Assembly: GCF_009914755.1 (NCBI RefSeq)
Contig: NC_060936.1
DNA: 64,000 nucleotides
From: the human T2T-CHM13v2.0 reference genome, Homo sapiens
Direction: 5' to 3' (one strand)
Positions within the stretch are counted from its first letter, which is position 1. Each line of letters starts with the position of its first letter. The notes under the pieces were generated by a model. That model did not search any database. It was not told where the DNA came from and saw only the letters and a list, made by a program, of their open reading frames with translations. The translations under genes and the position numbers were made by a program. Positions 42,594 to 58,880 of this stretch are shown here, piece after piece.

Positions 42594-43953
42594 TTATGGG
42601 AGATGTATTTATTTAGAAAAAGCAAAAAACCTTTTCATTGCATTTAGGGTGGCACTAAATGTAATGAGTCAATAAGTCCCTCGATTATTAGTGATACATT
42701 TTTGCTAAGAATATTTCCTGAACTCCTAGCATAGTGTATAGGGTCACTGCACAATCTTAACATAGATTGTAGGAAGATCAAAATTTTTTCACTGTCACTC
42801 ATTTGCTGAAGACATTGAATAAAATTACTTAAGTTTTCTGAGTTTCAGTTTTGTCATCTATTAAATAGCAATATAAGATAAAACTATTTAGGTAAAAAAA
42901 AGTGATCAAATTAGTAACTTCACATGTTTCGACATAACAATGAACATTTATTTCCTGTTTACAATATACCAGGCTCTGTGCTAAGTGATTTATATGCATT
43001 ATCATATTATTCTTCCTGAAATATCATGATATAGAAACTATTATTATCTCCGTTATATTGGTGAGAAATAATTTATTTAGTCAGAGATATTAAGGGTCGT
43101 ACGGCTGGTAGGTGGCGGGAACAAACATTTGTTTGTTTCCTAGTTAAATGTTAAGCCAAATGTTAAGCCTGTGCTAATCCATTAAAATGCTCAACCGTGG
43201 TCATGGAAGTGAGGAAATTAAGAGTGCATATAAAGTGCCTGGTAGAACTTGGGACACATGGGATGACCAACAAATTACTGTGTCTCCCTCCCTGCATCTT
43301 CAGTGAAGCAGAAGTGATCTCTTCCTGCCATTGTCATACACCATAGCCCCTGGTGCAGCCCTCAGTCCTAATGCTGGGCACCTGCTGCCCTCCGAAGCCT
43401 ACAGAGAAAGTCACTTACACTGCAGTAAAACAAAGGTTTCATAGAGTAAGACTCTGAGGCAAGTTAGAAAAGGCCACTGTCATTTATCTTTGACTTAGTA
43501 TACATTACATTTAGAGGAAAATTTCTTCATAGTCTCAGGATGAGATCTGGGAAATGAAAGACGGGAGTTTCACTAGGGGCTTGTAGGAAAGGGCAACATT
43601 GATCCATGCAGCTCAGGAGGTTTGTGTTGTTTTGGAGGGTATTATTTTGTGGAGTTTTGATAGCTAAAGGTTTTAACACAGGGTCCCAGATCCTTGAAGG
43701 ATAGAAAAGGAGATATGGAAGGACCCAAATCAAACTGCAAATATTTATCCTCTTGTTAGTCTCCAAGCACAGTCAGGACATTACTGCTCAAAATGCCTTA
43801 TGATGAGCTTGTTCATAAGTACAGAACCTGCGCTACCTGCCCTTTTCTGTGACATCCAAAGATTCTAAAAGACTGAAACATAAACCGGAGTTCAGTTATC
43901 AATAACAGCACCCTCAAAGTTTATGTAATGATGTTTGCATCCAGTTGAGTTCA

Positions 43954-44202
<249 letters not shown>

Positions 44203-44368
44203 CTAAATAAAAAAGGAAAATATTAAAACGGGTCCTTCAAAAAAGAATCTTGTCTTGAGCCTAGAACAAAAGGTTGTTGGGATCAGCAGGGTTACTGGAA
44301 AGTTAAAGGGATATCAGGGGAATTGAAGGGATGTTATTAAAGGAGACTTTTAGAAAACTCTTCCTTGG

Positions 44369-44699
44369 AGGCCGGGTGAGGTGGATCATGTCTGTAAACC
44401 CAGCATTTTGGGAGGCTGAGGAGGGCGGAGCACCTGAGTTCAGGAGTTTGAGACCAGCCTGTTCAACATGCAGAAACCCCATCTCTATAAAAATACAAAA
44501 AAATTAGCCTGCTGTGGTGGCACATGCCTGTAATTCCAGCTACTCAGGAGGCTGAGGCAGGAGAATCACTTGAACCCAGGAGGTGGAGGTTGCAGTGAGC
44601 CAAGATTCCACTGCACTCCAGCCTGGGTGACAGAGTGAAACTCCATCTCAAAAAAAAAAAAAAAAAAAAAAAAGAAAAAAAGAAAGAAAGAAAAAAAAA
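44369..44699 (+). mobile_element. AluS
   Basis: TSD AAAACTCTTCCTTGG. Confidence 0.93.
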
Positions 44700-46296
44700 A
44701 ACTCTTCCTTGGGTCAGTGTTCTTTTTGATCCCATGTCACAATTCTGTCTTCTCTTGGAATCAATAAAATGAGGGAAGCAACTATAAGCAGTTATACTTC
44801 ATTCCCATGATGAAAAACATACAAATGCAACCAGGAAAGGCAACATGAAGCATTTTCATAATTCTTATAAGATTTTATATAGAAATAATGTTAGTTTCTA
44901 GTTGATTGTTTTTATTAAAGTGCAAAAGAGAAACCCAAAAATCAAAAACCAAAAACAATCCCTGCGTTTAAGTATTCTGAGTGGAACATGAGCAGTTTTG
45001 ATTGGATGATGCCACTGAAATTGCTTTGAATAGAGTTCTGATTGGATATTACTTCATGCCCCAAATGCCTGTCCTGGGAAAAATAATGGAGAGGGTCAGA
45101 ACTGCTGTGCCTCAGCAGCTGGAGAATGGTGACCTTCACAGGGCTGAGTGATGAATTAAAAGCCCTTGCTGAACTGAGACCAAGTGGGTTCTATTACCTC
45201 CGGCATGTTGGACTGCCCATTTGCAAAGAATCGTATTTTTGCTAGAACCATGAAGATGGTCAAGTAATATCCAGATATTACACTCAGAATTATATTTGCT
45301 GGAAAAATAAAACTTTCATTGGTTTCAGTTTCTTTTGCTGAAAACATTTCATGAGGTAAAAAGAATCCAGTTAAGACCCAGCTCCAAAAGAGGATGCAGT
45401 CCCTAATTTTGGCACGGTCGTAAATGAGAGGACTTAGAACTTCTAGCTGGGAAAAACTGTGACACCCCAGAGGTATCCATCTTTGTTTGCAGCTTTTTGG
45501 GCCTGGCCCTTGACTTGCCATCCCAAAGTTGTTTAAGGTCATCGGCATTGCCTCTTCCTCCTCCTCCCATCCCAGCCTGCTCTCAATGGTTTGTCTCTGT
45601 GGGAAGAATGCATCTAATAGATTTAATCATATGAAAGTACAGGGACTGACAAAGCCCAATATACTATTAGAATCAGGAGCCCTGCATTATAATAAGGTGG
45701 CCATGATTTAGTGTCCAAATGGAGGCTCTTTTTCCTGCACAAATGCTAAACCAGATGGCATAATGGAATAACAGGAATACACCAAAACTCTCCTGGGCAA
45801 ATTTGGACAATGGTCAACTTAATTATAATGGAAGACAATGTCTTAACCTAGGAATATACATTTCTAAAGGTAGGATTTTAATATCAGTGACAGGAAAATT
45901 TTGCTTTAGGACGTAGGGAACTTTCCAGTAACCCTTGCTTTATTTTACATTATTTAATTTCTACCTCTTTTAAGTGTAAGATTGACCCTCAATAGCAGGG
46001 CTTCTTCCTGTCTTTCCATATTGTTACTTTCATGCCAATGTGGCGGATGTGTCCACTGTTGTACTGTTCTATAGTCTAGCAGAGTGACCTATAGTTAAGA
46101 GCTTTGATAGGGATCCTGCTGTTTCAAAATGCTGTACATGTAGTTGGTTTCAGTTAACATTTGTTGAATGAATTAGAGCAAGTAAAAATAATTGCTCATT
46201 TTAGAATTTGGGTCCTAAATGGAGAAAAATTATCTTACCCTTGACAAATAAAATAATAATATATAATTTATACTATAACATAAAATAATAGCTTAC

Positions 46297-46414
46297 TGGT
46301 GATAGATTCCTGGAGAAAGAGCTATTTAGAAGGGAATTCCCAGGAGACAGCGTCAGAACAAGGACATTTTTCATATAGTCAGGGGCTGTGACATTGTCCT
46401 CCAAGTACTGGTCA
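46297..46414 (-). CDS. GUCY2C: GUCY2C exon 7 (118 bp) [39 protein letters not shown]
   Basis: cag|T...CCA|gtaagc; phase 2 to 0. Confidence 0.96.
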
Positions 46415-46860
46415 CTGTAATAAAAAGCACAGGTTCCTCATGAAAATTAGGAAAAATAGAGATGCATCTTCTATAGTTCACACAAACTATACCATCATCA
46501 TTGAAAATAGTTTAAAACATTTTTTTTCATTAATCTGCAAAACTTTCTACTTTCCCCAGATAGAATTGTTTTCTTCTGTGCTTGTTAGGTTAAATAAGAG
46601 AATTTAAGCAATTGTGGTTAACATACACAAAAGGAAAAGAAAATCAGAATACAGATATTTCTTGATTTCTTTGAGATTTGGGGGTGCTATGGACATGTGA
46701 GCTCATGCTTGCTTTTAAGGCTTGGTTTATAGGTAGAAACTTTCTTTAAGTGCTTTTAACAATTTAGAGATATTGAGACATGGTAGAGAGAAATTTTATC
46801 ACTAAACTTATGTTTTAGATGGTGAAACATAAGCATAAAAAGACTAAACGTCTTCTCTAA

Positions 46861-47385
<525 letters not shown>

Positions 47386-47435
47386 TGAACTGCTGCAATT
47401 AGGCTGACCATTATTTAATGTTTTTATTTAAAAAC

Positions 47436-47560
47436 TTTTTTTAGGAGACAAGGTCTTGCTACATTACCTAGGCTGGTCTTGAACTCCTAGATTCAAGCTA
47501 TCCTCCCGCCTCAGCTTCCCGAGCAGCTGGGACAACAGGCATGCACTGCTGTGCCCAGCA
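47436..47560 (-). mobile_element. FLAM/Alu monomer
   Basis: Single Alu arm. Confidence 0.75.
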
Positions 47561-48664
47561 TATTTAATATTTGAACACATCTACTATGTGCTGAGAACTG
47601 TATTGGATATTTTACTCCTATTATCACATTAATCCTAGAAGTACCCTTATGAAGAGGACATTTTAATTCTCATTTTACAAATGAGAAGATTTAATCTTAA
47701 AATGCTAAAAAAATCCAAGAGTCAAAACAACCAGAAGTGTCAGAATTAGAATGTGAACACATTATGTCTAATTTAGTCTCATTAGCTTTCCAAAACATAG
47801 CCAGGTGTCCTTTGGGAATAGTGACAAAGGAATGCCAGCACTTTGGTGGTTTATTGAGGATTTCTGAAAGTAAAATTATACCAACCTGGCTACAGTAAGG
47901 ACTCCTTCCAGGGGTAAAGCAGCTATTGAAATCAATGAGGTTCTTGGAGTGAAATATCAGTAACTCTGCCCTCTTTCCTGTACTTCTGTAGTTTAGAGTC
48001 TAGTTGGTTAATTAAATTACCTTCATGAACGTGTAGCCATCAAACAGGCCTGCAGTTCCTATACTTCATTTCCATTCATGCTGTGAGAAGTATCGTTAGT
48101 GTGGGTGAAATGATCAGGCAAATATGGGAAAGATCTAGACAGTAGCAGCCTCTTGTCTGAATACAGACAGGTAATGATTAATGGCCCAGTCAGATAAGTG
48201 AAGTCACGTGATCTGGCTTCTGGGGGCAAGGGGCATGGGCATGGCAGTGACACCTTCTTCAAGCCTAACTTGACTCAAATATTACTTTGGCACAGCTTGT
48301 CAGTGGGGTCTCCAACCATTTCAGATAATTAGCGATTAAAAAAAAGATGGGATGTGAACAAAGGTGCTCTCTACGCTCCAGCATTTTTTCTCTTTGGCTC
48401 AGAGAAATGTGGAGGAAAAGATCACCACCTAGTGACTACGCCACAGAGGGTGAGGAATAATTGTGTATATCAGACTCATACAAGTGAAACTTCAAGCTTA
48501 TCAGAGGTGGTTGAAGGAAAAGTAATCTAGGACCAAAGGCCATTAGCAACTGAAGGAGAAAAATGGGGCTGACATTACCAGGAACAGTATTATTGAGTCT
48601 TTAGTTGATTTATCATTTTCTGGACAAAGACTTTAAAATCAGGCTAGAGATCAGGATCGTATGT

Positions 48665-48810
48665 TTTTCCTTTCTTTCTTTTTTTCTTTTAATAGAGATG
48701 GGGTCTCACTGTGTTGCCCAGGCTAGTCTGAAACTCCTGGACTCAAGCAATCCTCTTGCCTGGGTCTCCCAAAATGCTGGGATTACAGGTGTGAGTGACC
48801 ATAGACAGCC
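48665..48810 (-). mobile_element. FLAM/Alu monomer
   Basis: Single Alu arm. Confidence 0.75.
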
Positions 48811-49100
48811 AGGATTCTATGTTGACTGAGCAGGCCTCAGTCATAAATGGACATGTGGGTTCAATGGGGCTATAATAAACCTTTTATATTTACAAATGGT
48901 GAAGGTGTCAAAGGAATGCATCTCTGCTAAAGCCACAATTAGCTAAATAAGAATGACAGTGTGACAGAGTTCAAATATTATCATCATACTTAACCCCATA
49001 AGGGGTTGTACAAAGCAAGAGAAAAGAGAATGTGCCTTCTGGAAATCCTTGGAATACTTCCTTTTTGAAAGGAGGAGGGTTTTTCCAAATGTTATACCTA

Positions 49101-49289
<189 letters not shown>

Positions 49290-50115
49290 TTAATGTTAAA
49301 TTTTTTAAAGATAAACTCCAATTCCTTAAATTCCTCCTTCCTTTTTTTTTTCATTTACAATTATAGAGTCAGAATAGAGCTGAATGGGATCTTTTTTAAA
49401 AAAATCATCTCGTCCATCATTCTTTTAATTTTATAGATTTAAGGAGGCTGAAGCCAAGATGTCAAAGGGTCAAAGAACTAGTAGATGACAAAGACAGCTC
49501 TGACAGTCAAGTTCAGTGCTTATTCCATTATGCCAGGCTGGAGTAATTACAGAATATATTGTCATAGATAAGTGAAGTATACCTCACCATTTGTAAAAGT
49601 GGTTGAAAAAGATATTATAAAAGTGAGAACTGAGAAGAATTTATAAAGTCTCCCTAAGCAACTTGGGCTTTATCTGTAGCCTCTTAACTCAAAACTTCAT
49701 CTTAGTAACTCCAATGCCAGAGTCCAGTCTGAAGTCTACCACTAATTTCTGCTAGCTATCCTGAATGCAGTTTTATGAGTGAGAGGAGTTGGGGGAGACT
49801 TCATTAGATCTTTTTAGATGCTGTGCCATTATGCTGCCCTGTTGAATTGTAAACTCTTTAGGGACATAAATACTTATATATTTCTTTCCCACCATATCTT
49901 GGTTAATGTTTTTGCAACTGGTAGGCCATTAATATAACAAATGCTTGATAATGGCAATAAATGATGATTTGAATATCAGGAAATCCACCAAGCAAGTATC
50001 TTTCCTTGTAGAAAATTCTCACAATGGATTCCTTTGCCCCTGATACATTCTTGTTTGTCAAGAGAATTCTGTGGAAAGTGCAACAAATCCCCTAATATCT
50101 TAGTGAGGATGACTT

Positions 50116-50252
50116 CTTTTTATTTGAATAGATTTTTGCGGGAACAGGTGGTGTTTGGTTACATGAATAAGTTCTTTAGTGGTGATTTCTAAAATTTTGG
50201 TGCACCCATCTCCTAGGCAGTGTACGCTGTACCCAATGTGTGGTCATTTATC
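50116..50252 (-). mobile_element. Very short L1PB-like 3' end
   Basis: ggtggtgtttggttacatgaataagttctttagtggtgatttc...; TSD TGAGGAT(G/A)A(C/T)TT. Confidence 0.8.
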
Positions 50253-50788
50253 TGAGGATAATTTTATATCCAATTAGGCTTTCCTACTTGGTCTCTAGCT
50301 GGTAGATCACTGGGCAGGTGAGATACAGAAGGAATAGGAAAGTGAGATAATCTTTGCTTACGTTGTAATTTTGCATGAAGCTATGTAATCAATAAATTCA
50401 TCCTCTTGGTCACCAGGAGGACTGGGGCTCAGAATGTGTGAAGATTGGTCACAAATCCAATAATATGTTGGATTGAGGTGAATTTAAAAAAACAGTCTGC
50501 TGAGGGTGGGTCATAATATCATTTGGGTTTATAAAAGCCGGATTTTAGCATTATCGTTATTATGTTAATATAATTACTCAATAATACTTAGGTATTTTCT
50601 CTCAGAGGATAAGGTTTTTAGTCAATGAAAGGAACAATATAATGAAGTTGCATGCAATTATAGATCTCCCAAAATATACAAAATATGTATGAGTAAGGAT
50701 GATAGCTCTGCAGTGGAGGATTTGTTGAAATGACTTATAAGGAGGTGGTAGTCATAAAGAAGAAGTTAGCAAAAAACAATTATCTTCA

Positions 50789-50941
<153 letters not shown>

Positions 50942-51167
50942 CTAAAACAGCTTACTTCCCTCATGGCCTTTCATGCCTTTCACTTCTTATTTGCAGATCT
51001 ATCCTGGGATTTGTTCATCTAAAATTCATTTCTGCTATTAACACAATAGACAGCACACACCATGATACCACTAGTTTAGATTGTAAGATCTAAATTCGTG
51101 AAAGGATGGGGGAACTTTTAGGGATCTTCATGTGTACATGTAAATTGTTATCCCCATAATCACAGTG

Positions 51168-51248
51168 TATGTTCTAAACACACTCTAAGCAATTTTGTGA
51201 ATATGTAGCTTGGTTACTTTGATTTAAAGTGAGTTGTCATGATATCTG
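51168..51248 (+). repeat. ~80-bp local direct duplication, copy A (copy B at 52894-52979)
   Basis: tatgttctaa(a/g)cacactctaagcaattttgtgaatatgt...catgatatctg. Confidence 0.9.
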
Positions 51249-51618
51249 ACATTTGGTGAGTCATTTGTGATGGTTTCTGGCTGCTTGCAGGAAGAGGGTT
51301 CTGCTCTGCTCTATAAACTAGTCCCATTATAGATAAGTTGAAACCCTTGAATCTACAGTACAAAAATTCAGAGTTGATAGGAATAATTTTCTGCTTCTGT
51401 TTAAACCTCACATTAGATACTGTGGGTTGATTCCTGTGGGTCTCTAGACGTGCATCCCTGGTGGTATCCCATCTTAGTCTTTTGCTTACTTAGATGGAGA
51501 AAGAATGCAGAATTAAGCAGCATCCTGGAAGTACAGGCAGCAACACAGCCAGAAGATTTCTTCTACCACCTTTGTTGGAGTTGAATGAATCTTTCCATTT
51601 TATTTTAGTAATGATACC

Positions 51619-52012
51619 TGATATGGTTAGGCTTTGTGTCCCCACCCAAATATCATCTTGAATTGTTATCCCCATAATCCCAATAATCCCCACGTGTCAA
51701 GGGAGAGACCAGGTGGAGGTAATTGAACCATGGGGGTGGTTTCCCCCATGCTGTTCTCATGGTAGTGAGTAAGTTCTCATGAGATCTGATGGTTTTATAA
51801 GGGGCTCTTCCCTTTTTGCTTAGCACTTTTCCTTCCTGCCACCTTTTGAAGAAAGTGCCTTGCTTGTCCTTCGCCTTCTGCCATGATTGTAAGTTTCCTG
51901 GGGCCTCCCCAGCTATGCGAAACTGTGAGTCAATTAAACCTCTTTCCTTTATAAGTTACCCAGTCTCGAGCAGTTCTTTATAGCAGTATGAAAACAAACT
52001 ATTATTAATACA
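51619..52012 (+). mobile_element. THE1D/MSTA-type MaLR solo LTR
   Basis: TG...CA termini and perfect 5-bp TSD ATACC. Confidence 0.9.
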
Positions 52013-52483
52013 ATACCCATTATTCCTGTTTCTCCCCTACCTCTTGTTTCTCTGAAGAAGTGTGAGATCATTTTTTCTAACTAATTGTAGGTATAGGCAA
52101 GATACATGTTCTCTGGTATTGTTTCTTACACAGGAATGTGAAAACATTAACTCCTGGCTTTCATTTTCCTTGTCTATAAAATAGGGATCCTATTACTTGT
52201 TTTATTTTCTTCAGATAACGTACTGCAGGAAATCAATAAAACTGATGTGAACGTACTTTCAAAACAGTAAAGAGTGTTGCAGATGCAAACTATACTGATT
52301 ATTTTTACAACTCTATATTTACTTGGTCCCCTTTGCTTTTATTTATGTGTGAGAAAATGAACTGATGTCTATACCCAATGCTGTTACCAGTGGAAGGTGC
52401 ATCTGGTAATAACTAGGTGGCCTGCATGATCCTATGGCTTCTCTCCATGGCAAGTGCTAGTGAAATATTAATGATCCTGCTTA

Positions 52484-52705
<222 letters not shown>

Positions 52706-52893
52706 TCAAGAGGTTGAGGAAAAAAGCCATTATCAGTATTAACTTAAGTAGCACAAATAAGATCCCTCTTTAACCTGTTTCAGCATGTATGTATAAATGG
52801 TAAGAATGAAATCGGATCATTAAAGCAGGTTTCTCATGTATATAGGTGTCTTTCTCATACAGCTAAGTTTAAAAACATTTATTGAGCACATGC

Positions 52894-52979
52894 TATGTTC
52901 TAAGCACACTCTAAGCAATTTTGTGAATATGTGGCTTGGTTACTTCGATTTATTCTAAAGTGAGTCATCATGATATCTG
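52894..52979 (+). repeat. ~80-bp local direct duplication, copy B
   Basis: See copy A; copy B has an extra TATTC. Confidence 0.9.
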
Positions 52980-53289
52980 GGCTGGGATACAGGGGAAGTC
53001 GGGCTAAGAAAAAGGATGGACCACCACAGCCACCATAGTTGTTGTAAAGCCAAAAAGATTCCATCTACACTTTGCCATGCATTGCCTTCTCCCCAGCTTG
53101 TTCACCTCGGTATCTCCAGTCATCTAGGCTTGTATGTAGATGCTTAGTATGTATTTAACGAAGGAAGGAAAACAGCATCCCCTTACATCTTCAGTGCTCC
53201 ATCAAAAGGTTTTAGTGGGCTTCCTGCTTGCATCTCAAACTACAATGTTCACAGTCAGAATTCTCTTTCATTTCTGTTCCTCCAAACTG

Positions 53290-53345
53290 TTTTTCATTTA
53301 TTTTAGTGTTTTGAGATTTTTTCATTTATTTTAGTGTTTTGAGAT
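53290..53345. repeat. Perfect 28-bp tandem duplication
   Basis: (TTTTTCATTTATTTTAGTGTTTTGAGAT)x2. Confidence 0.9.
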
Positions 53346-53943
53346 TGCAAAGGCTTCTTTGACTACTTTCCATCTCTCACCCCAGCATCATACCATTGAT
53401 TGATTCTACCTTCAAATATCTTTGCAGTTATCCTCCCTTTCTATGTCCACTTCCTTCTTCCTAATCCAGGCCCTCCTTCTCTGCTGACTTTCCTGTCATC
53501 AGTCTGCCTGTGTCTTTCCTATACACTGTGGTCAATCATTCTTCTGAAAGTTGGCTGCTTCTCATGGCATTCCCAAGCTTAAAACCTTAGTGATTTCTGA
53601 TGTGAGTCTCATTAAATGCAACTTCCTTCACCTGGACTTTCCTCCCATGAACTTCCAAATATGGTCCTACTTAATTTTCCTAGTCTTATCTCTATTATTC
53701 CCCTATACATTTCCTGAACTCTGGTTAATACAGAGTTCTTCATTTCCCTGCTTGTTTGCTTTTACATGTACTTCTTTCCCTCTGCCTGGCTAGAAAGCTC
53801 ATCTCCTCATCTCTCTACTCATTAAAATTTTACCCATTCTTCAACATGCAAACAATCGCATCTCCTTCATAAGATTTTTTTCCTCCATTGAAGCTTAGTC
53901 CCCTCAAGCAGAGGTGACCCTTCCCTTCTGTGCACTCTATAGC

Positions 53944-54117
53944 TTCTCTTTTCTTTTCTCTTCTCTCTCCCTTCCTCTTTCTTTTTCTCCTCTCTCTCTT
54001 TCTTTCTTTCCCTTCCTTCCTTCCTTCCTTCCTTCCTTTCCTTTCCTTTCCTTTCCTTTCCTTTCCTTTCCTTTCCTTTCCTTTCCTTTCCTTCCTTTTC
54101 TTTCTCTCTTTCTCTCT

Positions 54118-54120
<3 letters not shown>
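53944..54120. repeat. Polypyrimidine compound microsatellite (CTTT/CCTT/CCTTT)n, expanded Alu tail
   Basis: Pure C/T run of ~175 bp. Confidence 0.93.
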
Positions 54121-54408
<288 letters not shown>

Positions 54409-55592
54409 CTCTGCAGTTTCCTGTTTCCATTTCCCTGATGGCATTGATCTCACTGTGCCTTGTATTGGTCAGGAGAGTCCTTGTCACCTTCTCTATTTGG
54501 GTGGACAGGGGCTGTGTTTTACTTAATTCTCTCTACTCTGCCACAGCTAAAATGCTTTGCACGTAGAAGGTCTTCATAAATGGTGAATCAATTTTTCCAA
54601 TCCTCCTTTCCTTTTGAGCATACTCTGTAGCAATATTAGTAAGTGATCAGGTTAGATGACAGTTGGGAACAAATACAAGGAAGAGTAAGATTCTGGATCT
54701 GTCCGCATTTTGGTATGGAAGAGAAGCTGAAAAAGTGCTCAGTGAACCTGAGCATCTGAGGCTGTTTGTAATGGTGGGTGTGAGGTGACAAAAGCAAACT
54801 TTGCAACAGAATTTTCAGAGGTCTAATGTTTACTCTCCAAAATCCATTGCAAGTGATATTCTGCACAGTTTTCTCTGTGTCGATGAAGCGTGATTCTTGA
54901 TTCAGGGTCAGATTGAACAGGTACAAAAAAGGAACTTGAGCAGGATTTTGATTAGGGAAGGTGTAATTAGCAGAACAAAGTATTTTTTGGTGATAATTAC
55001 ATTGTGTAAAATGAATGGAAGAGATGAGGGTGATTTTCCCAGAGCCAGAAAAATATATTCATTCTAGAATATACTGAGAGCTTTGTTCTAAGATAGTAAG
55101 GGCACTGTACAAAGGACTTTAACATGTCATTTATATAATTCTCAAATAACATGAACTAAATATATTGTTATTTTCCCCACTTTTACCAGACCTACAGGAT
55201 AGAACAGAACCCTACTAGTACCCTGGGGTGTTGCACTTTCTTTTGTGTTTCCCAACCCTCTACCCATACTTTTGTGAATATTTTATTTATTAAACGCCTC
55301 AAATTATCCAATTTCACTGTCTTTCCTGCTTTCTCTCAAAACTCTGACTTTTTACCCATACCATGTTTTCTCTCAAGGTCAGATGTTAATGACTCAACCT
55401 GAATGGCTACAGACATTCACTCCATGCTGAGCAAGGGAAGTTACCTGGATAAGAGAATGACAGTTATGGGGAGATGGCAAAATACTAGACCTCAACACCT
55501 CTGATTGTGTTGGCTTGACTAGACTGTTGTTTGATGAGTCCTTTAAGTTGCAATATCATGTCCTGACTTCAGTTCACAGTAGTATTACTTAC

Positions 55593-55774
<182 letters not shown>

Positions 55775-56687
55775 TCAAACTCAGAGCAACATAGGGTGCC
55801 TTGGTCTGGACAAGGATCAACTGAGGCATGGAGAGGTTCGAGAGGGAAAACACACTACAGGGAGGAAAGGTATTTTACAAAGGTGAGCTGACTGGAGGTG
55901 AACCTGGCTTCCTTCTCAATGCAGGATGGGAAGAGGCAGAAGAGGGACTGGGAGGCTGTAGCATTAGTAGTGTCTGTAGGCCAGATAGTGGTGAGATGAG
56001 ATTTGGAGGTGCTTTGAAGGGAGAGGGCAAGTTTCAGTTGTAGAGAGAACTATAAAACAGGGCTGAAGTGAGTAAAATGCTATGCAATTGATTGGGTGAT
56101 TATTGATCTTATTTTCTCCTATTTCTTAAGGGGAATCTGGTTGGGACCATCTCATCCCTGGTTTTGGAGAACCAGGTTATACCTCTCTCTGTAGAGGCAG
56201 AGAAAAGCAGCATATATTTCTGAAATTGTGATGTGGAGTTTATTGAACTATGCTTGTGCACACCTTACCTTCCCAAGATTGAGAATCACTGCTGTGGTAG
56301 CCATTGTTCCTGATGGGAGTGTGGCCTGCCTGGTTGGTGTGATGTTATTGATTAAAGTTTAGAGCCGTGGCTCTACTCCCAGTGCTCTGCTGCTAAGACA
56401 GCCTTTTCTTTAGTTTCTGTATTAAGGGGGTGCATTGCACATCTGCTTGTCTCTAGAGAGCTTTTAACCCTCTTTATTTCCTTAAAGCTCTGGTTGGGAT
56501 TGGGGTTTGGGGATTAGGAGGAGGAACTAGGCAAGAATCTCCCTCTTCCCATTTTCATCCTTTGACATTGAAGTTACTACTTTAAGTTAGGTGGCAGATT
56601 CAACGCTTAAGCAATTAACTATGACCTGATATATGGTGATGACTTGAAACAGAGATTTCTGGTGTGGGGCCTTGAAATATGTTTTTA

Positions 56688-57094
<407 letters not shown>

Positions 57095-57334
57095 ATTTTT
57101 AAAACAATTTAAAGCAAAAGAATTCCTCTCCTTACAAATGAAAGTGTACACACAGTACATAGCCAAGGCTTTCCTCACTTTTCTGGATTCATGGAGGGCC
57201 CCTGTCATTTAGGTAATCTGTAGGGGTAAAGCCAGAGTCTCCTGCCTGGTACTCGGCCACTCATTCAGCTATGTGGCTAGAGATGATGGGAGAGCTGCTT
57301 CATGGTCATGTGCCTACATTTCACACTGGGATTA

Positions 57335-57526
<192 letters not shown>

Positions 57527-58019
57527 CTAGTGTTATTTTTCAGTAATTTATATCAGCCATGAGATTGATTCTGGGAAAAAATGGATATCCATTTTCAGGC
57601 CTAGGAATATTTACATCCTGAGCCCTTGTTTTACTCCTGGTCACTTTTTTCCTCTGTGTGTCTCTGTCTCTCTGTATCTTTTCATCTCTGTTTCTCTCTC
57701 TCTCTCTCTCTCAACAGTTTTATTGAGGTATAATTTATCTATCATAAAAATCATCCATGTTGAGTTTACGATTCAATGACTTTTAGTAAATATATATATA
57801 GTTGTGCAACCATCCACATGGTCCAGTTTTAGAACATTTTCATTGTGTTCACTGACCTCGTCATCTTTTCACAACCCTAGATGCAGCAGGTCTCCTGTAT
57901 GGACTGGAGAGTGTTGGGAAGCAAAGACATAAACATTATGATAACCTGTTCTTTCATGGTCCCCAGGTGCTATTTGTTGCCAACTTGCAGGAGGCTGCAG
58001 TCTTCCTTGGTCTCTGATC

Positions 58020-58880
58020 TTTATCCATCCAGTCAACAAACAGTTATTAAGTTCCTGCTATGTGCCAGGCGCTCTTCTTTGCGCTCATGATACAGCATTG
58101 AACAAAAGTTCCCCCTTTCAATAGGCTTACATTTTCTTTGTGTGTCACACAGAATAATGCATTTCTGATAGGGTGGTCATGGAAGCCCTAGGGGGAGCTG
58201 GGACCTGCGTGAAGACTTAGCCATGCGACACATGGTTTCTCTGGTCAGAGGGAACAGCAAGGGCAAAAATCCCAGGCAGGACCCTTCTTGGCATTTCAGA
58301 AAGAACAGGGAGGCCAGCGTAGTCCTGACAGAGTAAGTGAGAGGTAGTATGGGTGAGATGTGAGGTCAGAGTGAGGCCACACCGTGCATGACCATGTGGA
58401 CGTTAGTAAGTGCTTTCAATTTATTCCAGGATAAGATGTTTTGGAGGACTTTGAGCAGAGAAATGATATTGTCTGACTATTATTTTTAAAGGATATCTCT
58501 GGATCCTGATGCAGAGAATAGATTGTGGGGAACAGAAACAAATGCAGGGAGACTAGTGAAGACACGATTCATAACCTAGGTTAGATTGGACTACAGTAGT
58601 TGGAGCAAAAGTAGAGAAAAATGGTTGCATTTAGGATGTATTTTGAAGGTAGGAAATTGATAAATGCAATATGAAGTATGAGAAAAGAGGACTCAGAATA
58701 ACGCCAATATTTTTGGCCTGAGCAAGTGGGTGAAGGGAACTCCTATTGACCAAGATGAGAAAGAGTGTGGGTGGAGCAGGTTTGCTAATGTGGTGTGTGT
58801 GGTGATGGAGGTGGACATGTCAGGTGTGAGATGCCTGTCACACTTCTAGATAGAGAGGACACTAAGCAGTTGAAATACAC
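58020..58880 (-). mobile_element. L2 fragment
   Basis: Typical antisense L2 motifs (tatgtgccaggc, gagggaacagc, ggaggccag, ttttgaaggtag, ttggcctgagcaa). Confidence 0.6.

Noticed and set aside
49459-49480. Nuclear-receptor (HNF4-like) direct repeat ATGTCAAAGGGTCAAAG
   Set aside because: Imperfect, inside MIR-like sequence, and cannot be supported without ChIP data.
53290-53345. 28-bp direct repeat as a CRISPR-like array
   Set aside because: Only two adjacent copies with no spacer: a simple slippage duplication in eukaryotic DNA.
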